DNA of 64,000 bases from the NCBI RefSeq assembly GCF_006345805.1, contig NC_042998.1, positions 33,666,001 to 33,730,000 of the forward strand, given 5' to 3'. Shown one piece after another: positions 26,205 through 39,894 of this stretch. Source of the stretch: Octopus sinensis (taxonomy: Eukaryota). The number at the start of each line of letters is the position of its first letter. Position 1 is the stretch's first letter. Position numbers and translations under genes: made by a program. The notes beneath the pieces are model-generated. The model saw nothing but the letters and a program-made list of their open reading frames with translations, was not told the origin of the DNA and ran no database searches.

Positions 26205-27022
26205 TTTTCTTGTCTAGGCACACGACTCGAAATTGGGGGGGGGGGGATTCGATTATATCGACCCCAGTGCGTAACTGGTACTTATTTAATCGACCCCGAA
26301 ATGATGAAAGGCAAAGTTGACCTCAGCGGAATTTGAACTCAGAACGTTAAGACAGACGAAATACCTATTTCTTTACTACCCGCTGGGAGCTAAACACAGA
26401 GAGGACAAACAAGGACAGACAAACGGATTATGTCGATTACATCGAACCCAGTGCGTAACTGGTACTTAATTTACCGAACCCGAAAAGATGAAAGGCAAAG
26501 TCGACCTCGGCGGAATTTGAACTCAGAACGTAACGGCAGACGAAATACGGCTACGCATTTCGCCCGGCACGCTAACGTTTCAGCCAGCTCGCCGCCTTAA
26601 CATTGATGTATACCCTTTTCTACACTAGGCACAAAGCCCGAAATTTAGGTGGAGGGGGCCAGTCGAGCAGATCGACCCCGGTACGCTACTGCTGCTTAAT
26701 TTATCAACCCCGAAAGAATGAAAGGTAAAGTCGACCTCGGCGGAATTTGAACTCAGAACGTAAGGGCAGACGAATTACTGCTCAGCAGTATTTCTTTACT
26801 ACCCACAAGGGGCTAAACACAGAGAGGACAAACAAGGACAGACAAACGGATTAAGTCGATTATATCGACCCCAGTGCGTAACTGGTACTTAATTTAATCG
26901 ACCCCGAAAGGATGAAAGGCAATGTCGACCTCGGCGGAATTTGAACTCAGAACGTAAAGACATACAAAATACCGCTAAACATTTCGCCCGGCGTGCTAAC
27001 GTTTCTGCCAGCTCGCCGCCTT
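26205..27022 (-). mobile_element. Two tandem dimeric family C SINEs
   Basis: Each ends ccagctcgccgcctt (26599, 27022) and contains a duplicated body. Confidence 0.85.
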
Positions 27023-27585
27023 ACTCGCTCTAAACGGTATATTCGTTTACAAAACGTGTGCTACCATCTATCAGTGAACAATCGCCTACGGTGTGTTTTA
27101 TCAAATGTGGATGCAATAAATTGCTTATAATTACCGGTAACAACATAAAGTTATGAAGGTAAGTGGAGGAGTTAAAACATTATTTTAGTGGTAATTTATT
27201 TTACAAAAATGTATAGCCTAGGCTAGGGTGAGTCCTATGAACTCGTGCATCTTATAGACCATAAAATACGGGAACTACTTTTTTATATGAATATTGTTCA
27301 GCAAAAAAATTATTTATATATTTATTTATATGTTTTATTTCATACTTAATACCTGGGGTCGCCAAAAATCTCGTGATGAAAAATGGGGTTATGAATAAAA
27401 AAAGTTTAAGCGCTGCTCTAAATGGATACAGGCAAACGAAAACTGATTCAGGAACTCTGAGATATCACTTCATTTCTTCATCCACCAAAGTCACAAAGAT
27501 TACGGATCCAAAACCTATTAAGTCTCAGACAACTGCTTGGCGCCTCACTCTCTAATAACCTCCATCTTTTCTTTTATCTTGTCTA

Positions 27586-27810
27586 TTACTTGTTTCCGTC
27601 ATTATACCGCGGCCATGCTGGGGCACCGCCTTGAAGAAGTGTTAGTCGAATGAATCGACCTAACTACTTACTTTTCGTTTCAACTTGATACTTTTGCCTA
27701 ACCGCAAAGTTACGGGGACATAAACACACCAACATAGGTTGTCATGCGGTAGTGAGGATGAGGGGCAAAAACAGACACAAAGACACATACACTCGTATAT
27801 AGATAGCTAT

Positions 27811-27890
<80 letters not shown>

Positions 27891-28072
27891 CAGATAGATA
27901 GATAGACAGATTTACACACACACACACATGACGAGTTTCTTTCAGTTTCCATCTACCAAGACTTTTGTCGGTCCGAGGCTGCAGTAGAAAACACTTACTC
28001 AAGGTGCCACGCAGTGGGATTGTACCCGGAACCGTGTGGTTGGGAAGCAAATTTCTTCTTACTACACAGGCA
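27586..28072 (-). mobile_element. SINE family B with internal (GATA)n
   Basis: gcggccatgctggggcaccgcc ... aaggtgccacgcagtggga. Confidence 0.8.
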
Positions 28073-28732
28073 CACTTGATCTTAGTGATCATAGCTTAAT
28101 AACATAACTAAAACTGCGTTATAAACGTCCTGCTTCATCTTCGTGATTAGGAACTACCTCCGCCCTGAAGCGTCCACTGATCCACTACGTAACAAAAAGT
28201 GCATCCTGCGTTAGAGTACTACTCGCATAGAAGGCTACTCGTGGTGTAGCTATTCCAGAGACAAACCCAAACATTGTGAACCACATTATGAAAATGACCA
28301 CCAAGTGAAACAGAAGAGTTTTTCCCCAATCACTAGATTACTATCCAAAGCAGGAGTTTGTATGTTGTCACTCTACCTACAAGAAATAGCAACCAAATCT
28401 CCCTCTAATCACTCTGCCTCACCTTAAAAATGACTATTCTGTATAAACCTATCTCGGACATATTCTGGCTGAACAAAAGCGTGTTGAATATAGATTTAAT
28501 CGAGCAAAGTTGATTTGGTGCTAATTCTCAACAAATATTCACCCCTCGATGCATCACAATCTTTTGCCTCTACTACCGTAAATCGCAGCACATTCTCCAT
28601 ATTTGTAGCGGCAAACTATAAGCATTGTCATTGAAATCCGTGGCTTTTAACCATTTTTATAATTGTTTTTGCTGTAGACTCCTTCGATTACTACTTTATT
28701 CTTGTGTACGGCCATAGCCATTTGATGCTTGT

Positions 28733-29113
28733 GGAAGCACGCCGTCGGTTACGACGACGAGGGTTCCGGTTGATCCGATCAACGGAACAGCCTGCTCGTG
28801 AAATTAACGTGTAAGTGACTGAGCACTCCACAGACACGTGCACCCTTAACGTAGTTCTCGGGGATATTCAGCGTGACACAGAGAGTGACAAGGCCGGCCC
28901 TTGAAATACAGGTACAACAGAAACAGGAAGTAAGAGTGAGAGAAAGTTATGGTGAAAGAGTACAGCAGGGATCACCACCATCCCTGCCGGAGCCTCGTGG
29001 AGCTTTAGGTGTTTTCGCTCAATAAACACTCACAACGCTCGGTCTTGGAATCGAAACCGCGATCCTACGACCGCCAGTCCGCTGCCCTAACCACTGGGCC
29101 ATTGCGCCTCCAC
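28733..29113 (-). mobile_element. SINE family A1, full length, with probable TSD
   Basis: Reverse complement of 18620-19000; flanked by catttgatgctt on both sides. Confidence 0.9.
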
Positions 29114-29347
29114 ATTTGATGCTTTAAAAACTAGTTCTATAGATATTTCTTTCAAGATTCCTATTTTGTCTTTCACCCATTGTGTAGGTTTAATATTGCA
29201 TTCTCTGAGAGAATACACTGATACCTCGGTTCTACGGATTTCAGAAGCAGCGGACAAAATCACAGTATATCAACAACACCTCTTCACCATCCATGGTAAG
29301 TCTGATTTTAAATTTAAAATGTTGAAATTACCGTATATTTACAGTGA

Positions 29348-29729
29348 ATGGAGGTGCAATGACCTATTGGTTAGGGCAGCGGCATCGCGGTCGTGGGATC
29401 GCAGTTTCGATTCCCAGACCGGGTGTTGTAAATGTTTATTGTGCGAAAACACTTAATGTTCCACGAGGCCCCGGCAAGGGGTGGTGGCGAACCCTGCTGT
29501 ACTTTTTCGCCAAAACTTTCTTTCACTCTTTCTTCCTGTTTCTGTTGTACCTGTATTTCAAAGGGCCAGCCTTGTCACACTCTGTGTCAGGCTGAATCTC
29601 CTCGAGAACTACGTTAAGGGTACACGTGTCTGTGGAGTGCTCTCATCCACTTGCACGTTAATTTCACGAGCAGGCCGTTCCGTTGATCGGATCAACTAGA
29701 ACACTCCTCGTCGTAACCGACGAAGTACC
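29348..29729 (+). mobile_element. SINE family A1
   Basis: Colinear with 14103-14481. Confidence 0.88.
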
Positions 29730-30299
29730 GTAGTAAATTACAGTGTACATGTATTTTACAGTCAGATTGGATAGCGTGTTTGATTAAAAGTACAGGACTC
29801 TTATTCCTCCGTCTTTCGTAATGTAATTATTGATATTAACCACTCCTAACGTAACCTAACCTTAGTGTTGGTAAGACATTACGGACAATCGGCTTCATCG
29901 GACGACCGATGTTCCCAGCTTTTAGTCCGTGGTACCGAGGCATGAGTGTATGTTCCAGTGGCCGAAACATGTTAATCTGAGACAGAAACCTAATTTCTTA
30001 CAATAAATACATCTTAAGCAAAATTTTTTTCATTATCCCCTAAAATACTACCATGGACCACACCCCATCTAATTTACTGTTTTGTCTGTGTGACCCCCGC
30101 CAAAATCTTATATGGGCTCCCAGTGGTCATGTGAGCCCTGTTTGAGAACTTTTGATTTAAATAATGACTCACACCGGATGCATTTACATCTATTCTTTCG
30201 TCTCTCTCACCACAATTCACACTGAAGCCTTTATCACCAGAATTCTTGAATTCTAAGTGAAACCTTATAATGATGATATGGAAACATGTGACCGTAAAT

Positions 30300-30730
30300 T
30301 ATTTACTTATTTACATTTGACGGATATTTGTCCTCATCTTGTTTGTTAACACAACGTTTCGGCTGATATATCCTCCAGCCTTCATTAGGTGTTAATACCG
30401 GTATTAAGGAAGGAGAGGAAAAAATATTAGATTTATATGCCCTAAAAATTCACTCCGTAATTGCCCACGGGCATATGGCGTAGTGGTTAAGAACGTGGGC
30501 CATTAACCCCAAGATTCCGAGTTCTATTCCAGGTAGTGACCTGAATAATGATGATGATAATAATAATAACATCTAAAAATACCTCAGGAATGAGAACCCA
30601 GGTTCGAAATTTCCCCAAGACACATGATAAAGTCTGGAGGGTATATCAGCCGAAACGTTGCGTTAACAACAAACAAGATGAGGACAAATATAAATAATGT
30701 ACATAATTCTTCATCTCTTAAATATAGAAC
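30300..30730. mobile_element. tRNA-headed repeat (30469-30730, +) with an inverted partial copy (30300-30393, -); degenerate hammerhead motifs
   Basis: Head gggcatatggcgtagtggttaag...gagttctattcc; ctggagggtatatcagccgaaacgttg present in both orientations; homologous to 43995-44275. Confidence 0.75.
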
Positions 30731-31597
30731 TGTATGTGGCCGTTATCTCTTTTATCACTTCTCCTAACTCAGTGAAACAACAGTTTCGATATGATTTTGA
30801 TTGGTGAAAGGACTGAGACCTGCTCAAACCAAGAAGCGAACCGTAGAGCTTATACTTCCAGATCGAATGCACTCTAAAATAAGCTACCTTGACCACCTGC
30901 AAAGGGCAATATATTTCTAATATCATTTACCGCGGCAAGTTGGCAGGAATTGGACCTCGGATAAAATGCTTAGCGGCATTTCGTCCGTCTTTTACGTTCT
31001 GAGTTCAAATTCCACCGAGGTCGACTTTGCCTTTCGTCCTTTCAGAGTCAATAAAAGAAATACCAATTGAGTTCTGGGATTGCTGGAATCGATTTAGTCT
31101 CTCCCCCAAATTACCGGCCTTGTGCCAAAATTTGAAACCATTATTATTTTTACTTGGCTCGATCTTATTTCTGGTAGGAATTATGAGGGGCTACACACAG
31201 AGGGGACAAACGAGGACAAACAAAGGGATTAAGTCGATTACATCGCCTTCAGTGCGAAACTGGTACTTTATTTATCGACCCCGAAAGGATGAAAGGCAAA
31301 GTCGACCTCGGCGGAATTTGAACTCAGAACGTAACGACAGACGAAATACCGCTAAGCATTTCGCCCGTAGTAACCTTAGGCATCCACAAGTTTTCTACTG
31401 CCTTTCAAGTGCTTAGAACCCTCCTGATGATTCTTGCAGTCCCTTAAGAGACAAACTTTGTGTAAGAACTCTACCGGTCATTCTATTTCAGTCTCCTTCA
31501 GCCATTTCTCTATATATTCGCTCACCCTTCTCAACGCACCAATTATTATAAGCACTACCTTTACAGTTCGATTAGTGTTGTTGTTGTTGTCGTCGTC

Positions 31598-31653
<56 letters not shown>

Positions 31654-32085
31654 CATCATCAACAATAACAAGGTTTTCTACGTTCAGAGTTGGAACCCAC
31701 CCAAAGCCAACTTTGCGTTTCAGCTTATAATTTTTTTTTTTAGTCGATAAAATGAAATATCAATCAAGTATTGTGGATCTATTTAATCGGTTAATGGGAT
31801 GGCGTTGATACAGAGGAGGAGGAAGAGGAAGAAGATGAGGTTTTTAATATGGGACAAAAGTGAAGGGTGTAGTCTTTTGAATAGGAACAGTATATTACTG
31901 GTATTCATTTACCAAATCTGGGGGTCAATGAAAGCGAAGTTAAACGTTTGTGGGAATTGAATACTGAACGCAAAATAAGGTTTACCGAAATGCTACAAGG
32001 CATTATTTAGTTTGGCGCCCTTACCATTTCTGCTATTTCCATTGTCAATGCTGCTGCTGCTGTTGCTGCTGCTATTTTTGCTGCT

Positions 32086-32116
<31 letters not shown>

Positions 32117-33176
32117 ATGATGACGGTGATGATGAGGAGGGGAGGACGACGGTGATGATGAGAAGAGGGAAGCGAAGAGAAAGAGAGGAAAGAGAAGAGG
32201 GGGAAGGAATGATGAAGGGCCGGGGAGGGGACGAGGACGAGGTGGTGGGTGAGGGAGGAGGAGAGGATAAGACAAAAGCGGAAGAGAAAAAGGAGTTTAA
32301 AAGGGAAAGGAGTAGAAGAGGCCAGGTTCTGATTGGATGGAATTCCCTAAGAATGATAGACATAATAATAATAATAATTCCTTCTTATGATGGGTCTGAA
32401 GAGAAGTGAGTTGAGAAAAGTGAATGATACTTAGAATGAGAATCGAAAGGAGCACCAAATAGTCTCTACATCCTCCCACCACAAAAGATCCTCATCTCCA
32501 CCACCAACCGAAAACCACTAACACATATTCTTCCATAGCTACCATCACTGCCACCCAGTGTTAGTTACCTACATCCACCAGCAAAGAGCAGTAGAAACAC
32601 CACCACCACCACCACTACCACCACTACCAACATCACCAGCATCATCACCAACACTACCACCGCCGCCGCCGCTGTCTCCACCACTGCCGCCAGCACCAAC
32701 GCACACCAGTATTCTCACGCACTAATAATGTTATCAGATATTGACACAAAAAAACATGAAGCATTTATGAAGTAGCTTATGGGTGTGATAACAACTTGAG
32801 TTGAACAACAGGACAACCACAGCCATTTAAAAATATTTTTTTATGTCAAGTGAAGATCAAGTGGTTGGCATTTATAGCCAGTCAGTCAAGAATTTCTGAT
32901 TTCTATGTCTCGGTTTATAGTGTTCTCAATATTCTAAGTTTTCCAAACAAAAAGCAATCGTGCTGAAGTGTTGCAAATTAACTCTTACACTATTCTACTA
33001 TAATATTGGCTTCAACTTTTGGCACAAGGCCAGCAGTTTCGGTGGAGCTGGGGTGGGATAAATCGATGACATCGACCCCAGTGCTCAAGTGGTACGTACG
33101 CATTCTATCGACCCCGAAAAATGAAAGGCGAAGTTGGCCTCAGCGGAATCTCAACTCAGAATGTAAATTATTTTGT

Positions 33177-33410
33177 TAGGCGAGCTGGCAGAACCGTTAG
33201 CACGCCGGACGAAATGCGTAGCCGTATTTCGTCTGCCGTTACGTTCTGAGTTCAAATTCCGCTGAGGTTGACTTTGCCTTTCATCCTTTCGGGGTCGATA
33301 AATTAAGAACCAGTTACGCACTGGGGTCGATGTAATCGACTTACTCCGTTTGTCTGTCCTCGTTTGTCTCCTCTGTGTTTAGCCCCTTGTGGGTAGTAAA
33401 GAAATAGGTT
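33177..33410 (+). mobile_element. SINE family C
   Basis: ggcgagctggcagaaccgttagcacgccgg... Confidence 0.88.
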
Positions 33411-33412
33411 AT

Positions 33413-33614
33413 TTCTACAGAAATTATAACCAGCAATGTTCTTTTGCTCCAATGTTTCGTATCGAGACATCAGATGTAAAACACACAATGAGATCAGAAA
33501 CAAAAACGGGTAATGGGTGTGTGCCATATTTTGGAGGGTCTTTCTTTACATCTGACGTTTCGATACAAAACATTGGAGCAAAAAGAATCAGTGCTGGCTA
33601 TAATTTCTATGGAA
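33413..33614. repeat. Foldback: ~68-bp inverted arms around a ~64-bp spacer (MITE-like)
   Basis: agaaattataaccagca..ttttgctccaatgtttcgtatcgagacatcagatgtaaa versus tttacatctgacgtttcgatacaaaacattggagcaaaa..tgctggctataatttct. Confidence 0.85.
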
Positions 33615-33652
33615 TATCTATAGAAAGAACCTTCATAAAATAATGTAAAAAG

Positions 33653-34070
33653 GGTGCTTTTTGGTTATCTCCCACCCGTTTTACGAGAAATATCGGTACT
33701 TTTGGTTATCTTCTTCAACTAAAAAATTGTTTAACCCTCAATAAAACAAACAAACAAACAAAATGTAAAAATCAATAAACATAAAAAGTGAAAAAACGAA
33801 ACGTCGTTTTGGATCTGATAATATTTTTATAACAAATCACACAAAACGGAAAAAAAATTAAACATCTTATTGAATCTAATAACATTTTTATAACAAATCA
33901 TACCATTCCTATTTAGGGGACCAAAAGTCAACAATGTGTTGAAGTATTGAATCAAAAGGGTCTAACTCTTTTAATCCAATCTCTTGTCGCCACACAAACT
34001 CAACTTTTTAATGGGGAGATAGCCCAATTTTTTAATGGCAATTTTTTAATGGGGATGAGATAATGTAAAG
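33653..34070 (-). mobile_element. MITE, same family as 17815-18568
   Basis: Reverse-complement homology (gaagtattgaatcaaaagg, cttgtcgcc). Confidence 0.8.
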
Positions 34071-34529
34071 AGCACTGCTAACACAGTAGAACATGGTGTT
34101 GACTTATAAAAACATTTAAGATACTTTATAGTATATAAGGTTTGCCTAGTGAAATACTACGTGTCTTACAAGTCATCAGAATGTAAAGTCGGACGAGCTG
34201 CGGCCCGCTCGTCTAAGAACTGGCAGACTCGTTAAGACCACCAAATTTTGGCTAAGTCGATTAGATCGACCCCAGAGCTCAAATGGTATTTATTTTATCG
34301 ACCCCGAAAGTCGACCACGGAGGAATTTAAACTCAGAACGCAAAGATGAACGAAATGCCGCAAACAATTCCGGCATAAAGCAACTCGCCGCCATACTTTT
34401 AGTTAATATCACAAACTTCGTTTAAGGCGGCAGAATCGTTTGTGCGGGGACGATAAAATAAGTACCATTTGAGCAAAGGGGTCGATGAAATCGACTCAAT
34501 CCCTGCCCCGAATTTGCTGGCCTTATCTC

Positions 34530-34730
34530 ATGGAGATTCAAAGTAACACAGAGTGTGACAAAGCTGGGATTTGAACAACATGTACAACTCATTTTTGCCA
34601 GCTGAGTGGACTGGAGCAACGTAAAATAAATAAAGTATCATGTTCAAGAACACAATGCGCCGCCAGGGATTGAACTCATGACCTTACGATCGTGAGCCGA
34701 ATACCCTAACCACTAAGCCACGCGCCTTCA
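34530..34730 (-). mobile_element. SINE family A2, partial
   Basis: ccctaaccactaagccacgcgcc head. Confidence 0.8.
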
Positions 34731-34959
34731 CGTAAAGTATAATAGTTCCATATCTGAAAGGAAGTAATTATTGAACTTCTCTGTGGGTTCATCCAGGGGA
34801 AATGTTGATAGCATCGACAAGGTGTGTTTATAGTTACTTGATAAGACTACTTTGATAAAACTGTTTAATATTTTCCTTAATTTCTAGTGTTTTCTAGGTT
34901 TTCAGAAAAGTGTCTCTCAGCAACCAGTAGCGAAATGACAAAATCAGAATGTTTACTTC

Positions 34960-35790
34960 TTAGGCGAGCTGGCAGAAACTTTTGCACGCCGGGCGAAATG
35001 CTGTATTTCGTCTCCCGTTAAGTTCTGAGTTCAAATTCCGCCAAGGTCGACTTTGCCTTTCATCCTTTCGGGGTTGATTAAATAAGTACCAATTACGCCT
35101 GGGGTCGATATAATCGACTTAATCCGTTTGTCTGTCCTTGTTTGCCCTCTCAGTGTTTAGCCCCTTGTGGGTAGTAAAGAAATAGGTATTTCGTCTGTCT
35201 TTACGAGTTCAGGTTCCACCGAGGTCGACTTCACCTTTCGTCCTTTCGGGGTCAATAAATTAAGTACCAGTTGCCTACTAGGCTCAATCTAATCGATTGG
35301 CCCCTCCCTCAAAATTTCGGGCCTTGTGCATAGAGTAGAAAAGATTCTTCTTGGTGGCGAGCTGACAGAAACACTGGCATGGCGGGCGAAATGTTTAGCG
35401 GTATTTCGTCTGCCGTTACGTTGAGTTCAAATTCCGCCGAGGTCGACTTTGCCTTCCATCCTTTCGGAGTCGATGAGATTAGTACCATTGGAGCACTGGG
35501 GTCGACGTCATCGACTTAAATCCCTGCTCCGACTTTGCTGGATCTGTTCCATAATTTCAAACCAGGTGGCTAGGGGAACAGTCGGCGAGCTGGCAAAATC
35601 GTTAGCATACCGGACAAAATACTTAGCAGCATTTCGTCCGCCTTTACGTTCTAAGTTCAAATTCAGCCGAGATCAACTTTGCAATTCATCCCTTTGGAGT
35701 CGATAGAATAAGTACCAGTTACGCACTGGGGTCGATGTAATCGACTTAGCCCCATCCTCGAAATTGCTAGCCTTCTGTTTATAATAGAAA
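34960..35790 (+). mobile_element. Tandem cluster of family C SINEs
   Basis: Three ggcgagctg heads and four core copies. Confidence 0.85.
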
Positions 35791-35885
35791 GGATGATTTG
35801 TTCAGTGGCATATTATAAACAATGGGAATGGACTTAACGCCTTATTGCATTCAGGAACTCTGTTTTGCGCCTCCTAATTCTACAC

Positions 35886-36236
35886 CAGTTATAGGAAAAC
35901 TGCGGACCACGGACCGCGTGCAGCCCACGGGACTTCTGTCAATGGCCCGCATCACGAAAATTACCTTGAATTTTTGTAGTAGTGCGGCCCACCTCATACT
36001 GAGCTATGCCTCATGCGGCCCACCTAACGCTGATCAGTGTCTCATGCGGCCCACCTAGTGCTGATCTATGTCTCATGCGGCCCACCTCATACTGATCAGT
36101 ATCTCATGCGGCCCACCTGATGATGAGCTATGTCTCATGCGGCCCACCTAATGCTGAGCTATGATTCATGCGGACTACCTGATGATGAGCAATGTCTCAT
36201 GCGGCCCACTTCTCGGACAAAAGTTGCCTATGCTTG
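35886..36236. mobile_element. hAT-type MITE containing a 31-bp tandem array
   Basis: TIRs cagttataggaaaact / agttgcctatgcttg; imperfect 8-bp TSD ttctacac/ttctaggc; 7 full units of gcggcccacctaatgctgagctatgtctcat at 35984-36210. Confidence 0.8.
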
Positions 36237-36402
36237 TTCTAGGCTGTGAGAGGGCCCAACTGCATTTGTGGTTGCTTTTCTTCTTCACCTCTCTTACGTG
36301 TATCAAATAAATACCATAATTTACGAGGGTAGATTTCATCTACTGCAGTCTTCTTCAACAAATATGTAATCGTGTACCATTGTAAAAATAATAATTATTA
36401 TT

Positions 36403-36572
36403 CTTTTATTTGTTTCGGCCATGCTGGAGCACCGTCTTTAGTCGAGCACATCGACCCCAGGACTTAATCCTTGTAAGCCTAATACTTATTCTATCGGTCT
36501 CTTTTGCCGAACCGCTAAGTTACGGGGGTGTAAACACACCAGCATCGGTTGTCAAGCGATGTTGGGGGACAA

Positions 36573-36603
<31 letters not shown>

Positions 36604-36772
36604 CATACGACGGGCTTCTTTCAGTTTCCGTCTACCACATCCACTCAGAAGGCTTTGGTCGCCCCGAGGCTATAAGTAGAAGACAACTGCCCAAGGTGCT
36701 ACGCAGTGGAACTGAACACGGAACTATGTGGTGGGTAAGCATACTACTTACTTACACATCCACTCTTGCGCC
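36403..36772 (-). mobile_element. SINE family B
   Basis: Reverse complement of family B. Confidence 0.88.
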
Positions 36773-36828
36773 TAATAATAATAATAATAATAATAACAAC
36801 AACAACAACAATAATTTAGTACTATTAT

Positions 36829-36860
<32 letters not shown>

Positions 36861-37197
36861 TTACGGTTTATACGTTAGTGTTTGTTTGTTGAGATTAGTT
36901 TGGTATTATAAGTTTACGGTGATTTGTCAACAACAAAAATTATGTATAATTAATTAAGACTTAAATGGTATGTAACTGTGATGCAGCTATTAAACAGCTC
37001 ATTTGAATGTTTTACGAAATACATTAGCAAATTGCCTTCGTTTTCTTTTTTCTTTTTTAATTTAACGAGTGTAAACAAATTATACTTGGAAATATGTTTA
37101 TTAGTATAGCTTTAGTAAAACAAGCTAAATTAAATAGAGAATATATTTAGGTTAATATATTTAATACAACAGGGATTAATATTCTGTTTTCAGTTGA

Positions 37198-37995
37198 AAG
37201 GCAGCGAGCTGGCAGAAACGTTAGTACGCCGGGTGAAATGTTTAGCGGTATTTCGTCTGTCTTTTACGTTCTGAGTTCAAAATTCCGCTGAGGTCGACTT
37301 TGCCTTTCATCCTTTCGAGGTCGATAAATTAAGTACCAGTTAAGCACTGGGGTCGATGTAATCGACTTAATCTCCTTGTCTGTCCTCTCTGTGTTTAGCC
37401 CCTTGTGGGTAGTAAAGAAATAGGTATTTCGTCTGCCTTTACGTTCTGAATTCAAAATTCCGCTGAGGTCGACTTTGCCCTTCATCCTTTCGAGGTCGAT
37501 AAATTAAGTACCAGTTACGCACTGGGGTCGATGTAATCGACTAAATCCCTTTGTCTGTCCTTGTTTGTCCTCTCTATGTTTAGCCCCTTGAGGGCAATAA
37601 AGAAAAAAGAAACGTTAGCACGCCGGGCGAAATACTAAGTAGTATTTCGTCTGTCTTTTACGTTCTGAGTTCAAATTCCGCTGAGGTCTACATTGCTTTT
37701 TATCCTTTCGGGGTCGATAAATTAAGTACCAGCTGCGCACTAGTGTAGATCTTATCGACTGGCCCTCTCCCCCAAAATTTCGGGCCTTGCACCTAGAGCA
37801 GAAAAGAATATTTGAGTCAGTTAAGGCGGCGAGTTGGCAAAGTCGTCAGCACGCCGGGCAAAATGCTTAGTGACACTTCATTTGTCTTTAGATTTTGAGT
37901 TCAAATTCCACCGAGGTCAACTATGCCTTTAATTCCTTCAGGGATCGATAAAATAAGTACCAGTTGAGCACTTACTCCCTCTCCCAAAATTGCTG
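37198..37995 (+). mobile_element. Trimeric family C SINE plus a further copy
   Basis: Body repeated three times at 37198-37810; new head at 37824. Confidence 0.85.
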
Positions 37996-38292
37996 GGTTG
38001 AACCAAATAAACATCAATGCACCTCATTTCAGACATGCTGAGAGGTTTTGGTGGCGCGCTGGTCACTAAATATATAAAAGAGAATGATTAAGAGATATAC
38101 AAACGACAGATTCACAGGAACGGAACAATCTTTTATGAATCTTATATTCAGCAATGAATTCCAAGTCATCAACCGCTTTTTGCTTTTCACCCTGCTTCTT
38201 TACAATCTATTGCCGTCTTTATGCGCCATTTCCTCCATTTTTTCTCATCTGAAACGATTCGAAGGTGGTCTGTGAGAATAGTTTGAGTACTC

Positions 38293-38674
38293 GTGGCACT
38301 CCATCGGTCACGACGACGAGGGTTTCAGTTGATCCGATCAACGGAACAGCCTTCTCGTGAAATTAAAGTGCGAGTGGCTGAGCACTCCACAGACACGTGT
38401 ACCCTTAACGTAGTTCTCGGGGAGATTCAGCGTAACGCAGAGTGTGACAAGGCTGGCCCTTTGAAATACAGGTACAACAGAAACAGGAAGAAAGAGTGAG
38501 AGAAAGTTGTGGCGAAAGAGTACAACAGGGTTCGTCACCACTCCCTACCGGAGCCTTGTGGAGCTTTACCCGTTTTTGCTCAATAAACATTCACAACACC
38601 CTGCCTGGGAATCGAAACCACGATCCAACGACCGCGAATCCGCTGCACTCACCACTGGGCCATTGCGCCTCCAC
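38293..38674 (-). mobile_element. SINE family A1
   Basis: Ends ccactgggccattgcgcctccac. Confidence 0.88.
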
Positions 38675-39194
38675 GATTGAATTCTAGAAGAAATACATCC
38701 AAGTGTTAGTCTTGTCTCTGTTTTCCATTTTTATTTAGTTCAAATTTCTAAGTTGTCTTTCATCTTGTGAAATAAATATGTACTTATAACGTATTGAGGA
38801 GAATTGAATATATTATTCCTTATAAGCTGAAGGGATATAAAGAGCAAAGTATATGAGGGATCAGATAAAAAAAAAACGTTGAGTATACACATTCGCATGT
38901 GTTTCAGTTGATAGCCATTGGGTTCTTACGTTGACTCTAGATCACACGTTTTGTAGAAAGACATGACTGATTCCATCGATACCATTGAAAGGTAAAGTTG
39001 GCATCAGTTGAATTTGAACTCAAAGCTAAATACTTTAAATGACTGGATCAGACGTTCTATCCTTTTTCTGACAACCCGTCGTTCGCTCGCGTCAACGACG
39101 TAAGCTTCTGTGTGGTCGTTCAAGCTGCTAGGAATCGTATGCAGACCTCCTTCAAATCAGTCACTGTTGATTTTAAAAAAAAACAGAAGGCAAT

Positions 39195-39590
39195 ATTCTT
39201 TTCTACTTTAGACACAAAGCTCGAAATTTTGGGTGGGGGAGGGCCAGTCGATTAGATCGACCCCAGTACACAATTGGTACTTAATTTATCGACTCCAAAA
39301 GGCCGAAAGGCAAAGTCGACTTCGGCGGAATTTGAACTCAGAACGTAAAGGCAGACGAAATACCTATTTCTTTACTACCCACACAAGGGGCTTAACACAG
39401 AGAGGACAAACAAACGGATTAAGTCGATTATATCGAACCCAGTGCGTAACTGGTACTTATTTAATCAACCCCGAAAGGATGAAAGGCAAAGTCGACCTCA
39501 GCGGAATTTGAACTCAGAACGTAGCGGCAGACAAAATATGGCTACGCATTTCGCCCGGCGTGCTAACGTTTCTGCCAGCTCGCCACCTTA
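39195..39590 (-). mobile_element. Dimeric family C SINE
   Basis: Same structure as 26205-26600. Confidence 0.85.
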
Positions 39591-39894
39591 AAAAAAAAGG
39601 AAGGCAATATTAAATAAAGTAGGAAGGTATTATGTCTGAAAAAAAAAGATGAGAAGACTATGAATGGAACAGGTTTGATCAACTGGCTTCTCAATCGGAG
39701 TTGTTCTGGGTTATTCAATGACAACTACTAAGCCTGCTCTTTACCAATTTTGTCAATCGATGCCAGATGTATATGTATGTATTTTCTCTGTTTGAATTAT
39801 CTGGATCCTTCCTGCAAGGAAAAGCTGGTTTCTAACAAAGATACAAAGCACCATCGCTGTAATATAGATAACAAAAACAATAACACATGATGAA

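Noticed and set aside
32007-32720. Poly-Ala/His/Gln/Thr ORFs resembling a transcription-factor exon
   Set aside because: Adjacent trinucleotide microsatellites, no domain and no convincing exon boundaries
35984-36210. CRISPR-like repeat-spacer pattern
   Set aside because: The variable parts are homologous to each other; it is a minisatellite in a MITE
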